A DNA stretch of 64,000 bases from Alphaproteobacteria bacterium (lineage in GTDB: Bacteria; Pseudomonadota; Alphaproteobacteria; UBA828), in NCBI GenBank assembly GCA_965220745.1, contig CBDCQT010000013.1:224001-288000 (forward strand), given 5' to 3'. The notes beneath the pieces were generated by a model. That model was not told the origin of the DNA. It saw only the letters and a list, made by a program, of their open reading frames with translations, and searched no databases. Made by a program: the position numbers and the translations under genes. Every line of letters starts with the position of its first letter. Within the stretch, counting starts at the first letter, position 1. Shown here in pieces: positions 47,410-57,198 of this stretch.

Positions 47410-47721
47410 ATGACCGCACGCATCGCCATCCCTGCCGACGGCATCGCCGCCTTCTGCGAGCGCTGGCAGGTGACGGAGCTCGCGCTGTTCGGCTCCGTGC
47501 TGCGCGACGACTTCGGTCCGGACAGCGACATCGACGTGCTGGTCTCGTTCGACGACACGGCCCGGCACACGCTCTTCGACATGGCCCGCATGGAAGGGGA
47601 GCTCAAGACGCTCTTCGGACGCGATGTGGACCTGGCTGAACGTGCAGGCATCGAGACGAGCAGGAACTACATACGCCGCAAGGCCATTCTCCAGTCGGCC
47701 GAGACCATCTATGCGGCATGA
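47410..47721 (+). CDS. Minimal nucleotidyltransferase (MntA-type antitoxin)
   Basis: LFGSVLRDDFGPDSDIDVLV matches GS-x10-DxD. Also GRDVDL. Confidence 0.9.
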   Translation: MTARIAIPADGIAAFCERWQVTELALFGSVLRDDFGPDSDIDVLVSFDDTARHTLFDMARMEGELKTLFGRDVDLAERAGIETSRNYIRRKAILQSAETIYAA

Positions 47722-48052
47722 GAATGCCCTGTTGCTCGACATGCTGATGGCCGCGCGCGAAGCGCAAGACATGGCACGTGGGGCGACACTCTCCGACTTC
47801 AAGCAGAGCCGGACTTTGCAACTTGCGATCATGAAGGCGGTGGAGATCGTTGGGGAGGCAGCGTCACGAGTCGGTGCGGATACCAAGCAAGCGCACCCCG
47901 ACATCCCCTGGGCGGACATCGTCGGGATGCGGAATCGCCTCGTCCACGGCTATTTCGATATAAACCTCGTGCGCGTGTGGGAGACGGTGGAGCAGGATAT
48001 CCCCCGCCTCATCGCCCAACTCGAAGGTTTGGTTTCCGAAGAGTCGTCGTAG
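47711..48052 (+). CDS. HEPN/DUF86 RNase toxin (HepT-type)
   Basis: EIVGEAA, IPWADIVGMRNRLVHGY (Rx4HxY). Overlaps the MNT gene. Confidence 0.9.
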   Translation: MRHENALLLDMLMAAREAQDMARGATLSDFKQSRTLQLAIMKAVEIVGEAASRVGADTKQAHPDIPWADIVGMRNRLVHGYFDINLVRVWETVEQDIPRLIAQLEGLVSEESS

Positions 48053-48061
48053 CGGCCGGCG

Positions 48062-49303
48062 CTACGAGCCACCGGCGCGGTGGATCGTGCCGTCGGCTTC
48101 GAGCGCCTCGATCTCGTCGGGCGCGTAGCCCAGATCGGCAAGGACGGCGGCGGTGTCCGCGCCGAGCGCAGGCGCCGCGCTGCGCGGCATGACCGCGCCG
48201 TCCACGGTGATTGGCTGGCGGACCATGCGCATCGTTCCGCGTTCGGGGTGCGCCACCTCCTGCACCATGCGCCGGCGCTCGGCGAAGTCGCTCACGAGCG
48301 CGTCGGCCACGTCGTTGACCGGCGCGCAGGGGAGGACCCCGGCGAGCCGCTCCAGCCACGCCTCGGTGGTGCGGGTCAGGAACACCGCCTCCAGCCGCCG
48401 CACCACTTCGTCCCGATTCTCGTAGCGCGCCGCGAAATCCCGCATCAGGGGGTCGTCGATCCACTCCGGCCGCTCCATGGCCCGGCAGAGCGCGGGCCAG
48501 AAGTTCGCCTTGTTGGCCATCACGAAGAGCCAGCCGTCGGCAGTGCGGTAGAGCTCGCTCGGCACCAGCGAGGGATGGCCCGAGCGCGCCACCCGCCTGG
48601 GCTCGAAGCCTTCGTTCAAGTGCCAGGTCGCCGGATAGCTCAGGTTGTTCATCGCCACGTCGTAGAGCGGGGTGTCGATGTCCATGCCCCGGCCCGTGGC
48701 GCGCGCCCGCATGACGCCCGAGACCAGCGCGAGCGCCGCCGTCAGCCCGCCCATGAAGTCGACCACCGAGAGCCCGAAGCGGGTCGGTACGCTGTCCGGC
48801 TCCCCGGTCATGGAGAGATAGCCGGCCTCCGCCTGCATCACGTAGTCGAGGCCGGGCCAGGCGGCGCGCTCGTTGTCGCGGCCGTAGGCCGAGAGGTGCA
48901 CGCAGACGAGGCGCGGGTTGGCCGCCTTCAGGCTCGCGTGATCGAGCCCGAGCGTGCCCGGCAGGTCGCCCCGCAGGTTGTTGATGAGGGCGTCGGCGCG
49001 CTCGACCAGCCGCTCCAGAATCTCCCGGCCCGCCGGTTTCTTCAGGTCCAGCGCAATGCAGCGCTTGTTGCAGCTGAAGGTCTGGAAGAAGAGGCTGTCG
49101 CCGTCCTCGGCGTAGGGCAGCACGTGGCGGCCCATCTCGCCGCCGGCCTTGTGATTCTCGATCTTGATGACGTCCGCGCCGAGGTCGGCGAGGTACATGG
49201 TGCCGAAGGGGGCGGCACCGTACTGCTCGATGGAGACGACGGTGAGCCCTTCGAGCGGTCGGATCGGACTAGCCGGCGGCGCCGCAGCAGCGTCGTCGCT
49301 CAC
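48062..49303 (-). CDS. Class III CoA-transferase (CaiB/BaiF)
   Basis: PLEG, APFGT..LADLGADVIKIE, NKR..ALDLK, APALGADT. Confidence 0.9.
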   Translation of the reverse strand: MSDDAAAAPPASPIRPLEGLTVVSIEQYGAAPFGTMYLADLGADVIKIENHKAGGEMGRHVLPYAEDGDSLFFQTFSCNKRCIALDLKKPAGREILERLVERADALINNLRGDLPGTLGLDHASLKAANPRLVCVHLSAYGRDNERAAWPGLDYVMQAEAGYLSMTGEPDSVPTRFGLSVVDFMGGLTAALALVSGVMRARATGRGMDIDTPLYDVAMNNLSYPATWHLNEGFEPRRVARSGHPSLVPSELYRTADGWLFVMANKANFWPALCRAMERPEWIDDPLMRDFAARYENRDEVVRRLEAVFLTRTTEAWLERLAGVLPCAPVNDVADALVSDFAERRRMVQEVAHPERGTMRMVRQPITVDGAVMPRSAAPALGADTAAVLADLGYAPDEIEALEADGTIHRAGGS

Positions 49304-50469
49304 GCCGGATTTCGCTCGATCAGCTGCCGCGCGATGATCAGCCGCTGGATCTCGTTGGTGCCCTCGCCGATGCAGAGCAGCGGGGCATCGCGGTACATCC
49401 GCTCGATCGGGAACTCCTTGGAGTAGCCGTAGCCGCCGTGGATGCGCATGGCCTCGATGCTGTTCTCGAGCGCAGCCTCCGTGGCGAAGAGCTTGGCGAT
49501 GCCGGCCTCCATGTCGCAGCGTTGCCCGGTCTCGTAGGCGAGCGCCGCGCGCTCGGTGAGCAGCCGCGCGGCCTCCGTGCGGGTCACCATGTCAGCGAGC
49601 TTGATCTGAATCGCCTGGTGCTGGGCGATCGGCTTGCCGAAGGTCTTGCGCTCCTGGGAATAGCGCACCGCCTCGTCGAGGCAGGACTGGGCGACGCCGA
49701 CGCCGCGCGCGGCGACGTTGATGCGGCCGAGCTCCAGGCCGCTCAGCGCGTGCTGCAGGCCCTTGCCCTCGACCCCGCCGATGAGCTTGTCGGCATCGAC
49801 TCGGTAGTCCTCGAAGGCGAGCTCCGCGGTGTCGATCCCGCGATAGCCCAGCTTCTGGAGCTTGCGGCTGACCCGGAAGCCTTCGCCCTTCTCGGCGAGA
49901 AACAGGCTCATGCCCTTGTGCCGGGGCTCAGCGTTGGGGTCGGTCTTGACCAGCAGCGCGAGGCAGGAGCCGTGAATGCTGTTGGTGATCCAGGTCTTGG
50001 CGCCGTTGATCACGTAGGCGTTGTTGCCCTCGCGCTTGGCCGTGGTGCGGATCGCCTGCAGGTCAGTGCCGCAGTCGGGCTCGGTGAGCGCGAGTCCGCC
50101 CCGCAGCTCGCCGCTCGCGAAGCGTGGCAGGTAGGAGCCCCGCTGCTCGTCGGTGCCGAAGCGCTCGACCGCCGCAGCCATGATGAGGTGGGAGTTGATC
50201 AGCCCGCTCACCGACATCCAGGCGTGGGAGAGTCGCTCGATGATCTTGGCGTAGGTGGTGATCGGCAGGCCGAGGCCGCCGAATTCTTCGGAGATGGTGG
50301 CGCCGAAGAGCCCCATCTCCTTCATCCTCTCGACGATATCCTCCGGGTAGATGTCGTCATGCTCGAGCGCGGCAACGTGGGGGCGGACATCGCGGTCCAG
50401 GAATCGCTCGATTCCGTCGAGAATCAGCGCTTCTTGTTCCGTGTCCACGGTCTCGGCATGGTTCGCCAT
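49300..50469 (-). CDS. Acyl-CoA dehydrogenase
   Basis: ALTEP..GTD, NGAKTWITN, KLGYRG, R.TFGKPI..HQAIQ, HGGYGY, GEGTNEIQR. Confidence 0.93.
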   Translation of the reverse strand: MANHAETVDTEQEALILDGIERFLDRDVRPHVAALEHDDIYPEDIVERMKEMGLFGATISEEFGGLGLPITTYAKIIERLSHAWMSVSGLINSHLIMAAAVERFGTDEQRGSYLPRFASGELRGGLALTEPDCGTDLQAIRTTAKREGNNAYVINGAKTWITNSIHGSCLALLVKTDPNAEPRHKGMSLFLAEKGEGFRVSRKLQKLGYRGIDTAELAFEDYRVDADKLIGGVEGKGLQHALSGLELGRINVAARGVGVAQSCLDEAVRYSQERKTFGKPIAQHQAIQIKLADMVTRTEAARLLTERAALAYETGQRCDMEAGIAKLFATEAALENSIEAMRIHGGYGYSKEFPIERMYRDAPLLCIGEGTNEIQRLIIARQLIERNPA

Positions 50470-50644
50470 CGCGATAAACTCCCGTCTTCCGGTGCGCGCG
50501 CGGCGAGCATATCCCGCCGGCCTGATCGAGAAAATACTTGAGGCCGCGTCGCGTGAGCGGTATGTCAATCTGTCTTGGTAGGGAAGATGTGCGCCCACAG
50601 GGAGCGGCGAGACTCCCGCACGGGCCGAAGGGACGCGGGGAGCC

Positions 50645-51772
50645 ATGGCGGAACGTGGCGATGTAGAAATCAGGGGCGTGACCAAACGGTTCGGCCCGAC
50701 GATGGCCGTCGAGGATATCGACATCACGATCCCCGACGGTTCCTACTGCTGCCTGCTCGGGCCGAGCGGCTGCGGCAAGACGACTCTGCTCCGCATCATC
50801 GCGGGCCATGAGGTGCCGACCGAGGGTGATGTGCTGATCGGCGGGGAGTCGGTAATCGGCAAGCCCACCGGCCAGCGCGGCACGTCGATGATGTTCCAGA
50901 GCTACGCGCTCTTTCCGCATCTGACCGTGCTGGACAACGTGGCGTTCAGTCTGAAGATGAAGAGGGTCGCCAAGGGCGAGCGCCGCGAGCGCGCCTACGA
51001 GGTTCTGAAGCGCGTGCAGCTCGACCCGCTGGCCGACCGCATGCCGGCGCAGCTCTCAGGCGGGCAGCAGCAGCGTGTCGCACTGGCCCGCTCGCTGATC
51101 ACCAACCCCAAGGTGCTACTGCTCGACGAGCCGCTGTCTGCGCTGGACGAGTTCCTGCGCCTGCAGATGCGCGCCGAGCTGAAGTTCATCCAGATCGATC
51201 TCGGCATTACCTTCATCCACGTCACCCACACCCAGCCGGAGGCGCTGGCGATTGCCGACATGGTCGTGGTGATGGACACCGGACATATCGAGCAGGCGGC
51301 GACCGGGCCGGAGATCTACGATGAGCCGCGGACCACCTATGTTGCGGAGTTCATGGGCGGTTGGAACGTGTTTTCCGGCAAGGTGGCGGGAGTAGAGAAC
51401 AACGTGGTGACGGTCGCGGGCACCGAAGGCGACAATTTCCACTTGCCAAGCAACGGTCATCAAGTTGGTCAGGAGGTCAACTTCGGCGTCCGCCGCGACA
51501 AGGTGCATCTGGCGGGCGGGAGCATTGATCTGGACCGTGGTAACGCGCTGGGCGGCACGGTCCACGCGATCGAATACCAGGGCAACTGGGTCAAGCTCAC
51601 CATGACCCGGGAGCAGAAGCGGGACCTCGTCGCGGTGATCGAGGACCGTGAGTACTTCGCCAACCCGACCAAGGTGGGCGATCAGGTCACCGTCACATGG
51701 GCGAGCGAGGACGTGCGCGTGATGGAGCGCGCAACCGGCGCCCAGAACCTGATTGGCGAGAGTTTTGACTAG
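50645..51772 (+). CDS. ABC ATP-binding protein (PotA-like)
   Basis: GPSGCGKTT, FQSYALFPHL, LSGGQQQRVALAR, C-terminal TOBE-like region. Confidence 0.92.
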   Translation: MAERGDVEIRGVTKRFGPTMAVEDIDITIPDGSYCCLLGPSGCGKTTLLRIIAGHEVPTEGDVLIGGESVIGKPTGQRGTSMMFQSYALFPHLTVLDNVAFSLKMKRVAKGERRERAYEVLKRVQLDPLADRMPAQLSGGQQQRVALARSLITNPKVLLLDEPLSALDEFLRLQMRAELKFIQIDLGITFIHVTHTQPEALAIADMVVVMDTGHIEQAATGPEIYDEPRTTYVAEFMGGWNVFSGKVAGVENNVVTVAGTEGDNFHLPSNGHQVGQEVNFGVRRDKVHLAGGSIDLDRGNALGGTVHAIEYQGNWVKLTMTREQKRDLVAVIEDREYFANPTKVGDQVTVTWASEDVRVMERATGAQNLIGESFD

Positions 51773-51882
51773 CGTTTGTTCACTGGCGGCCGCCGGCAGC
51801 CGTCGCACTGCATCGACCGAGGAACATCGCCCAGGCCGGCGAGAGGGCGAGTATTCGAGGAACGCAGGCGAGGGAGGAAAGC

Positions 51883-53190
51883 ATGCGCAAGACCAGTAGC
51901 GACACGAGCAAGACGGGCGTGAGCCGCCGTTCGCTCCTCAAGGGGACGGCGGCCGTGGCCGGTGTTGCTGCTGCGACCCAGCTTACGGGCGGTTTCCCGA
52001 CCGTATGGTCGCAGGACATCAAGGACCTGACCCTCCGGTCGACCGGCGGGCCGTGGTCGCATTTCCAGCTTCTGGAGAACATGGCCAACGAGGACCTCGA
52101 CTTCACGGTCCAGCTCACTCCCGTCGGCCTCGACGAGATTCAGAAGCGGGGTCTGACTCAGACCGGGTCGTCCGACCTGTTCGAGCCGGCCTATCTGCAG
52201 ATGAAGTTCTTCTGGCCCACCGGCAAGTTCATGCCTTGGGACACCACCAAGCTGCCCGAGTGGGACAAGGTGGTCGACCTCTACAAGGCGCCGGGCAAGA
52301 TCTGGCCCGATGCGTGGTTCGGCCAAGGGCAGAACCCGAGCACCGTGTCGTACACGTCGGGACCCGACACCAATGATTTCGTGGAGGCGGGCTCGACGCA
52401 GTGGCTGACAGCCCATCCGGTGCTGCACAACGCCGATACGCTCGGCATCCGACCCGACCTGATTGGCCGGCCTATCGATTCCTGGGCCGAGCTGATCAAT
52501 CCGGAATTCGCCGGCAAGGCAGCGCTGGTGAGCTTCCCGACCATCGGCCTGATGGACGCGGCGACAGCCTTCGAGGCGGCCGGTGAAATCACCTATGGTG
52601 ACAAGGGCAACATGACCCAGGACGAAATCGACTACAGCGTCGAGCGTCTGATCCAGCTCAAGAACGACGGCCACTGGCGTGCGCTTTGGTCGGCCTTCAA
52701 CGAGTCGGTCCAGCTCATGGTCAACGGCGAGGTAGTGATCCAGTCCATGTGGTCGCCGGCGGTCACGGCCGTGCGGGCCCAGGGCGTGCCCTGCATCTAT
52801 CAGGACCTGAAGGAGGGATATCGCTCCTGGACCACGGGCCACGTCCTGCCCAACCATCTCGAGGGCAAGATGATCGGCGCGGCTTACGACTACGTGACCT
52901 GGTATCACACGGGTCGTGTCGGCGCCATGTTCGCCAGGCAGGGCTACTACGTAGTCACGCCCGACAACACAAGGAAGGTGCTGCCCGAGGCCGAATGGGA
53001 CTTCTGGTACGAGGGCAAGCCGGCGACGGTCGAAATCTACGACCCGTTTGGCAACCTGATGGAGAAGCCCGGCACGATCCGCGACGGCGGCTCGTACAAG
53101 AACCGCATGGGCCGTGTCGCCATCTGGAACTCCACCATGGACGAGAACAAGTACCTGACCAGGCGGTGGGCCGAATTCATCGCCGCGTAG
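51883..53190 (+). CDS. Tat-exported ABC substrate-binding protein (PotD-like)
   Basis: SRRSLLK twin-arginine signal, NADTLGIRPD, SMWSPAV. Confidence 0.85.
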   Translation: MRKTSSDTSKTGVSRRSLLKGTAAVAGVAAATQLTGGFPTVWSQDIKDLTLRSTGGPWSHFQLLENMANEDLDFTVQLTPVGLDEIQKRGLTQTGSSDLFEPAYLQMKFFWPTGKFMPWDTTKLPEWDKVVDLYKAPGKIWPDAWFGQGQNPSTVSYTSGPDTNDFVEAGSTQWLTAHPVLHNADTLGIRPDLIGRPIDSWAELINPEFAGKAALVSFPTIGLMDAATAFEAAGEITYGDKGNMTQDEIDYSVERLIQLKNDGHWRALWSAFNESVQLMVNGEVVIQSMWSPAVTAVRAQGVPCIYQDLKEGYRSWTTGHVLPNHLEGKMIGAAYDYVTWYHTGRVGAMFARQGYYVVTPDNTRKVLPEAEWDFWYEGKPATVEIYDPFGNLMEKPGTIRDGGSYKNRMGRVAIWNSTMDENKYLTRRWAEFIAA

Positions 53191-53204
53191 ATTACGAAAC
53201 CGGA

Positions 53205-53240
53205 TGTGGGGCGTCTCCGGGCGCCCCACACTCTTTTTTC
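53205..53240 (+). terminator. Intrinsic terminator-like hairpin after the SBP gene
   Basis: TGTGGGGCGTC-TCCG-GGCGCCCCACA followed by CTCTTTTTT. Confidence 0.7.
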
Positions 53241-53285
53241 TGCATTGCCCCCTGACAGGCCTTCAATGCCGATGAGAGCTGAACT

Positions 53286-54152
53286 ATGGTGCGCGTGATC
53301 ACTTCAGCGTTGCGATATCGCGCCGCGCTGCAGATCTCGCCGCTCAGCCTGGCGCTGCTGTTCTTCCTCGTAGGGCCCGTGATCATGATCATGATCATGA
53401 GCTTCTACGAATTCACCGGGTTCATGACCGTTCCGGATGCCACGCTCGAGAATTACATCGAGCTGTTCACCTCAAGCCTGACGGGCGTCAATTACCTGCA
53501 GACCCTGAAGATGGTCGGGATCACCTGGGTGGTGACCCTGGTCCTCGGTTTCACCTTGGCCTATTTCCTGGTCTTCGATCTTGTCGAGTTGCGAACGAAG
53601 CTGCTGCTGTTCCTGCTGTGCGTGGTGCCGTTCTGGACCTCCAGCGTCATTCGGATGGTGGCGTGGGTGCCTTTCCTCGGCAAGGAAGGCATCATCAATA
53701 AGTTCGTGATCTGGACCGGCATTTCCTCCGAGCCGCTCCAGTTCCTTCTGTTTTCCGAATTCGCTGTGTTCCTCTCCTACATTCAAATCTTCACGCTGTT
53801 CATGATGGCGCCGCTCTTCAACGTCATGGCCCGAATCAACCGCGACCTGATCGAGGCGGCGCGGGACAACGGCGCGTCCGGGATTCAAATCCTGTGGCAC
53901 GTGATTATCCCGCTCTGCAAGCCCGGCATCGCCATTGGCACGATCTTCGTCGTCAGCCTGGTGGCCAGCGATTTCGCGGCGGTCAGCCTCCTCGGCGGCC
54001 AGCGCGTCGGCACCGTTTCGATCTCCATGATCATTCAGATGAACATGGCGCAATATCCCCCCAGCAGCGCGACGGGAGTGATCCTGCTGGTTGTGGTTCT
54101 CCTGATCGTGGGCGGCATCATGCGCATGGTGGACGTGAGGAAGCAGCTGTGA
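53286..54152 (+). CDS. ABC permease (PotB-like)
   Basis: PFWTS.VIR..AW, EAA loop LIEAARDNGA. Confidence 0.9.
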   Translation: MVRVITSALRYRAALQISPLSLALLFFLVGPVIMIMIMSFYEFTGFMTVPDATLENYIELFTSSLTGVNYLQTLKMVGITWVVTLVLGFTLAYFLVFDLVELRTKLLLFLLCVVPFWTSSVIRMVAWVPFLGKEGIINKFVIWTGISSEPLQFLLFSEFAVFLSYIQIFTLFMMAPLFNVMARINRDLIEAARDNGASGIQILWHVIIPLCKPGIAIGTIFVVSLVASDFAAVSLLGGQRVGTVSISMIIQMNMAQYPPSSATGVILLVVVLLIVGGIMRMVDVRKQL

Positions 54153-55024
54153 GCCAGAGAGCGGAATTCCGCCGGGCACCCGGCTACTGGCCGCGCGCGG
54201 CCTTGTTCTACGTGTACTTGCTGTTCCTCTACGGGCCGATCCTGATCATCGCCGTGCTGTCCTTTCAGGGACCGCTGGCCTCGATGACGTTCCCGATGCA
54301 GGGGCTCTCTCTTCACTGGTTCAGCGAGGTGGTCGATCCGGGCGGCTTCAGCCGCCAGGATTTTCGTATGCCCTTCGTGCGCTCGCTGATCCTCGCCATC
54401 ATCGTCATGGTCCTGACGATGGGGCTTTCGTTCCTGGCGGGGTTGGCTTTCCGCAAGAGCTTCAAGGGCAACATCGTTGTCTTCTACGTCGTGGTGGCGA
54501 GCCTGATCGCGCCGTCGGCGTTGATCAGCCTCGGCATCGGGCTGGGCTTCAACGAGCTCGGTCTGCAGAGCCAGTGGTATACCGGCGCCCTCGGCGCGCA
54601 TCTGAGCTGGACCCTGCCGTTCGGCGTTCTGATCATGCTGGCGATCTTCAGCCGCCTGGACCCGTCGCTGGAAGAGGCCGCGCGCGACCAGGGCGCGACC
54701 GAATGGCAGACTCTGCGCAACGTTATCGTGCCGATCACCCTGCCGGGCCTGATCGGCGTGGCGCTGTTCGGGTTCACGCTCTCTTACGACGAATACCCGC
54801 GCACCTCGACCATCGTGGGCGAATTCAACACGCTGCCGGTCGAGGTGATGAACACGATCAACATCGCGGCGACACCGGTCATCTACGCGATCGGAACCAT
54901 GACGACGCTGTTCTCGCTCTTGGTCATCTTCGCGAGCTTCCTCGCCGTCTACATCATTCAGAAGCGGCGGACCGGCGCTGGCTTGGGCATCGCCCGGAAG
55001 GCCGCAAAGGCGGACAGCAGTTAA
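54149..55024 (+). CDS. ABC permease (PotC-like)
   Basis: LYGP, SLHWF, LEEAARDQGA, FTLSYDE, TLP. GTGA overlap with the previous gene. Confidence 0.9.
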   Translation: MSQRAEFRRAPGYWPRAALFYVYLLFLYGPILIIAVLSFQGPLASMTFPMQGLSLHWFSEVVDPGGFSRQDFRMPFVRSLILAIIVMVLTMGLSFLAGLAFRKSFKGNIVVFYVVVASLIAPSALISLGIGLGFNELGLQSQWYTGALGAHLSWTLPFGVLIMLAIFSRLDPSLEEAARDQGATEWQTLRNVIVPITLPGLIGVALFGFTLSYDEYPRTSTIVGEFNTLPVEVMNTINIAATPVIYAIGTMTTLFSLLVIFASFLAVYIIQKRRTGAGLGIARKAAKADSS

Positions 55025-55126
55025 TTCGGGCCGCGGGCGCGGGCCGGGGTCGGCAGGAGCCGGCCACCGGCCGTTGCGGTGCGCCAGCCCGGCTATGACC
55101 GAACCCGGCGATCGGGAGGAGGAAGA

Positions 55127-57181
55127 ATGGCTTTTCGCTTAGGGGTGGACGTCGGCGGGACGTTCACCGATCTCTTGCTGATCGACGAATCGAGCGGTGG
55201 CACCTACCGCGCGAAGGTGCCCTCCACTCCGCAGGATTCCTCGATCGGCGTGCTCAACGGTATCGAGCGGGTGTGCGATAACGCGGGCGTCGAGCCAGCC
55301 TCGATCACCCACGTGATGCACGGCACCACGGTCGCGACCAACACCATCCTGGAAGGGAAGGGCGCTCGCGTTGGCATCGTGACCACCGAGGGTTACGGGC
55401 AGATGCTGCAGATCGCCCGCTCCTTCGTGCCCGGCATCCTCGCCGGCTGGATCATCTGGCCCAAGCCCGAGCCCCTGGCGCCACTAGATCTCACCGTCGA
55501 GGCGAAGGAGCGCACCGGCGCGCGGGGCGACGTGGTCCGCGAGCTGAACGAGGACGATCTGCGCGAGAAGCTCACCCATCTCAAGACGAAGGGGATCGAG
55601 GCGCTGACCGTCTGCCTGATGAACGCCTACGCCGGCGGCATCCACGAAGAGCAGATCCGCGAGATCGCCCACGAGGTGATGCCCGGCGTGCCGGTCTCGA
55701 TCTCCTCCGAAGTCCTGCCGGAGATGTACGAGTACGAGCGCGCGATCACCACGGTCGCCAACTCCTACGTGGCACCGGTGGTTCAGGTCTACGTCCGCAA
55801 CCTGGAGCAGGAGCTGAAGCAGCGCAAAATCGACGCCCACCTTCACATCCTGCGCTCGGACGGCGGCCTCGCCTCGGTCGAGGCCAGCCGCAACTCGCCG
55901 GTGAACGTGCTGATGAGCGGGCCTGCCGGCGGTGTCGCCGGCGCGCTCTGGATCGCCAAGCAGGCCGGCTACCAGAACCTGCTCACGCTCGATATGGGCG
56001 GCACGTCCACCGATGTGGCGCTAATTCTCGACGGCGTGCCGCGCAAGCGGCGGGAGACCACGGTGGGCGATGTCACCGTGCGCGCGCCCTCCCTCGATGT
56101 GCGTACCGTGGGCGCGGGTGGCGGCTCGATCGCCCATGTGCCCGAGATCACGCGCGCGCTTCGTGTCGGGCCGCAGAGCGCGGGCGCCGATCCGGGGCCT
56201 GCGGCCTACGGGATGGGCGGCGACCAGCCGACCGTCACCGATGCCAACGTCGTTCTCGGCTATCTGCCGAGCGAGCTGATCGGCGGCGAGATGAAGCTCG
56301 ATGTCGATGCCGCCGTCAACGCGGTGCAGACCGTCGCCACGGCTTTGGGTCTCGATCTCAAGCGGGCTGCGGCCGGCATCATCGACATCGTCAACGAGAA
56401 CATGTTCGGTGCGCTCAGGCTGGTTTCGGTGCAGCAGGGCTTCGATCCGCGCGACTTCGCGCTGATCGCCTTCGGCGGGGCCGGGCCGCTGCACGCCAAC
56501 GCGCTCGCCAAGCTGATGAACTCGTGGCCGGTCATCATCCCGCCCTCGCCCGGTGTGCTCTGCGCCTACGGCGACGCCACCACGCGGGTGACCGACGAGG
56601 CCTCCATGAGCTTCGTGCGGCGCTTCTCGGAGACCTCGGACGCCGAGGTGCGCGGTATCCTCGATGATCTTGAGGCCCGCGCTAGGCAGGAGCTCGATGC
56701 CGAGGGCATCGCGCGCGAGGACCAGACCGTGCAGTACGAGGTGGACCTGCGCTACCACGGCCAGGGGCTGCAGTTGCCCGTAAGCTTCACGGCCGAGGAG
56801 TTCGAGCGCGAGGGCCTCGCCTGGCTCGCGAAGCAGTTCGACGACGAGCACACCCAGCTCTTCACCTTCGCCCTCGACGCCGAGCACGAGATCGTGACGC
56901 TGCGCGCGATCATGCGGGGCGCCGAGACCTTCGTCGAGGCCGGTCACGTGGCCGAGGGCGGCGCCGATCCGTCGGCGGCCAAGGTTGCGAGCGGCACGGT
57001 TTATGTCGACAATCGCGACCAGGAGGCCGCCGTCTACGACCGCGGCAAGCTCCAGGCCGGCAACCGGATCGAGGGGCCGGCGATCGTGACCGAGATGGAT
57101 TCGACGACGCTGGTATTGCCGGGCCATGTGGGCGTGGTCGACGGATACGGCAACATCATCATCAACCCGGTCGGCCACTGA
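55127..57181 (+). CDS. Hydantoinase A/oxoprolinase subunit (N-methylhydantoinase A-like)
   Basis: [47 protein letters not shown]. Confidence 0.93.
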   Translation: MAFRLGVDVGGTFTDLLLIDESSGGTYRAKVPSTPQDSSIGVLNGIERVCDNAGVEPASITHVMHGTTVATNTILEGKGARVGIVTTEGYGQMLQIARSFVPGILAGWIIWPKPEPLAPLDLTVEAKERTGARGDVVRELNEDDLREKLTHLKTKGIEALTVCLMNAYAGGIHEEQIREIAHEVMPGVPVSISSEVLPEMYEYERAITTVANSYVAPVVQVYVRNLEQELKQRKIDAHLHILRSDGGLASVEASRNSPVNVLMSGPAGGVAGALWIAKQAGYQNLLTLDMGGTSTDVALILDGVPRKRRETTVGDVTVRAPSLDVRTVGAGGGSIAHVPEITRALRVGPQSAGADPGPAAYGMGGDQPTVTDANVVLGYLPSELIGGEMKLDVDAAVNAVQTVATALGLDLKRAAAGIIDIVNENMFGALRLVSVQQGFDPRDFALIAFGGAGPLHANALAKLMNSWPVIIPPSPGVLCAYGDATTRVTDEASMSFVRRFSETSDAEVRGILDDLEARARQELDAEGIAREDQTVQYEVDLRYHGQGLQLPVSFTAEEFEREGLAWLAKQFDDEHTQLFTFALDAEHEIVTLRAIMRGAETFVEAGHVAEGGADPSAAKVASGTVYVDNRDQEAAVYDRGKLQAGNRIEGPAIVTEMDSTTLVLPGHVGVVDGYGNIIINPVGH

Positions 57182-57198
57182 GGCGGGGGAGAAGCGAC

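Noticed and set aside
50596-50644. Glycine riboswitch-like words (GGGAG...GCCGAAGG) before the PotA-like gene
   Set aside because: The downstream CTC(T)CAGG element is missing and there is no room for it before the start codon.
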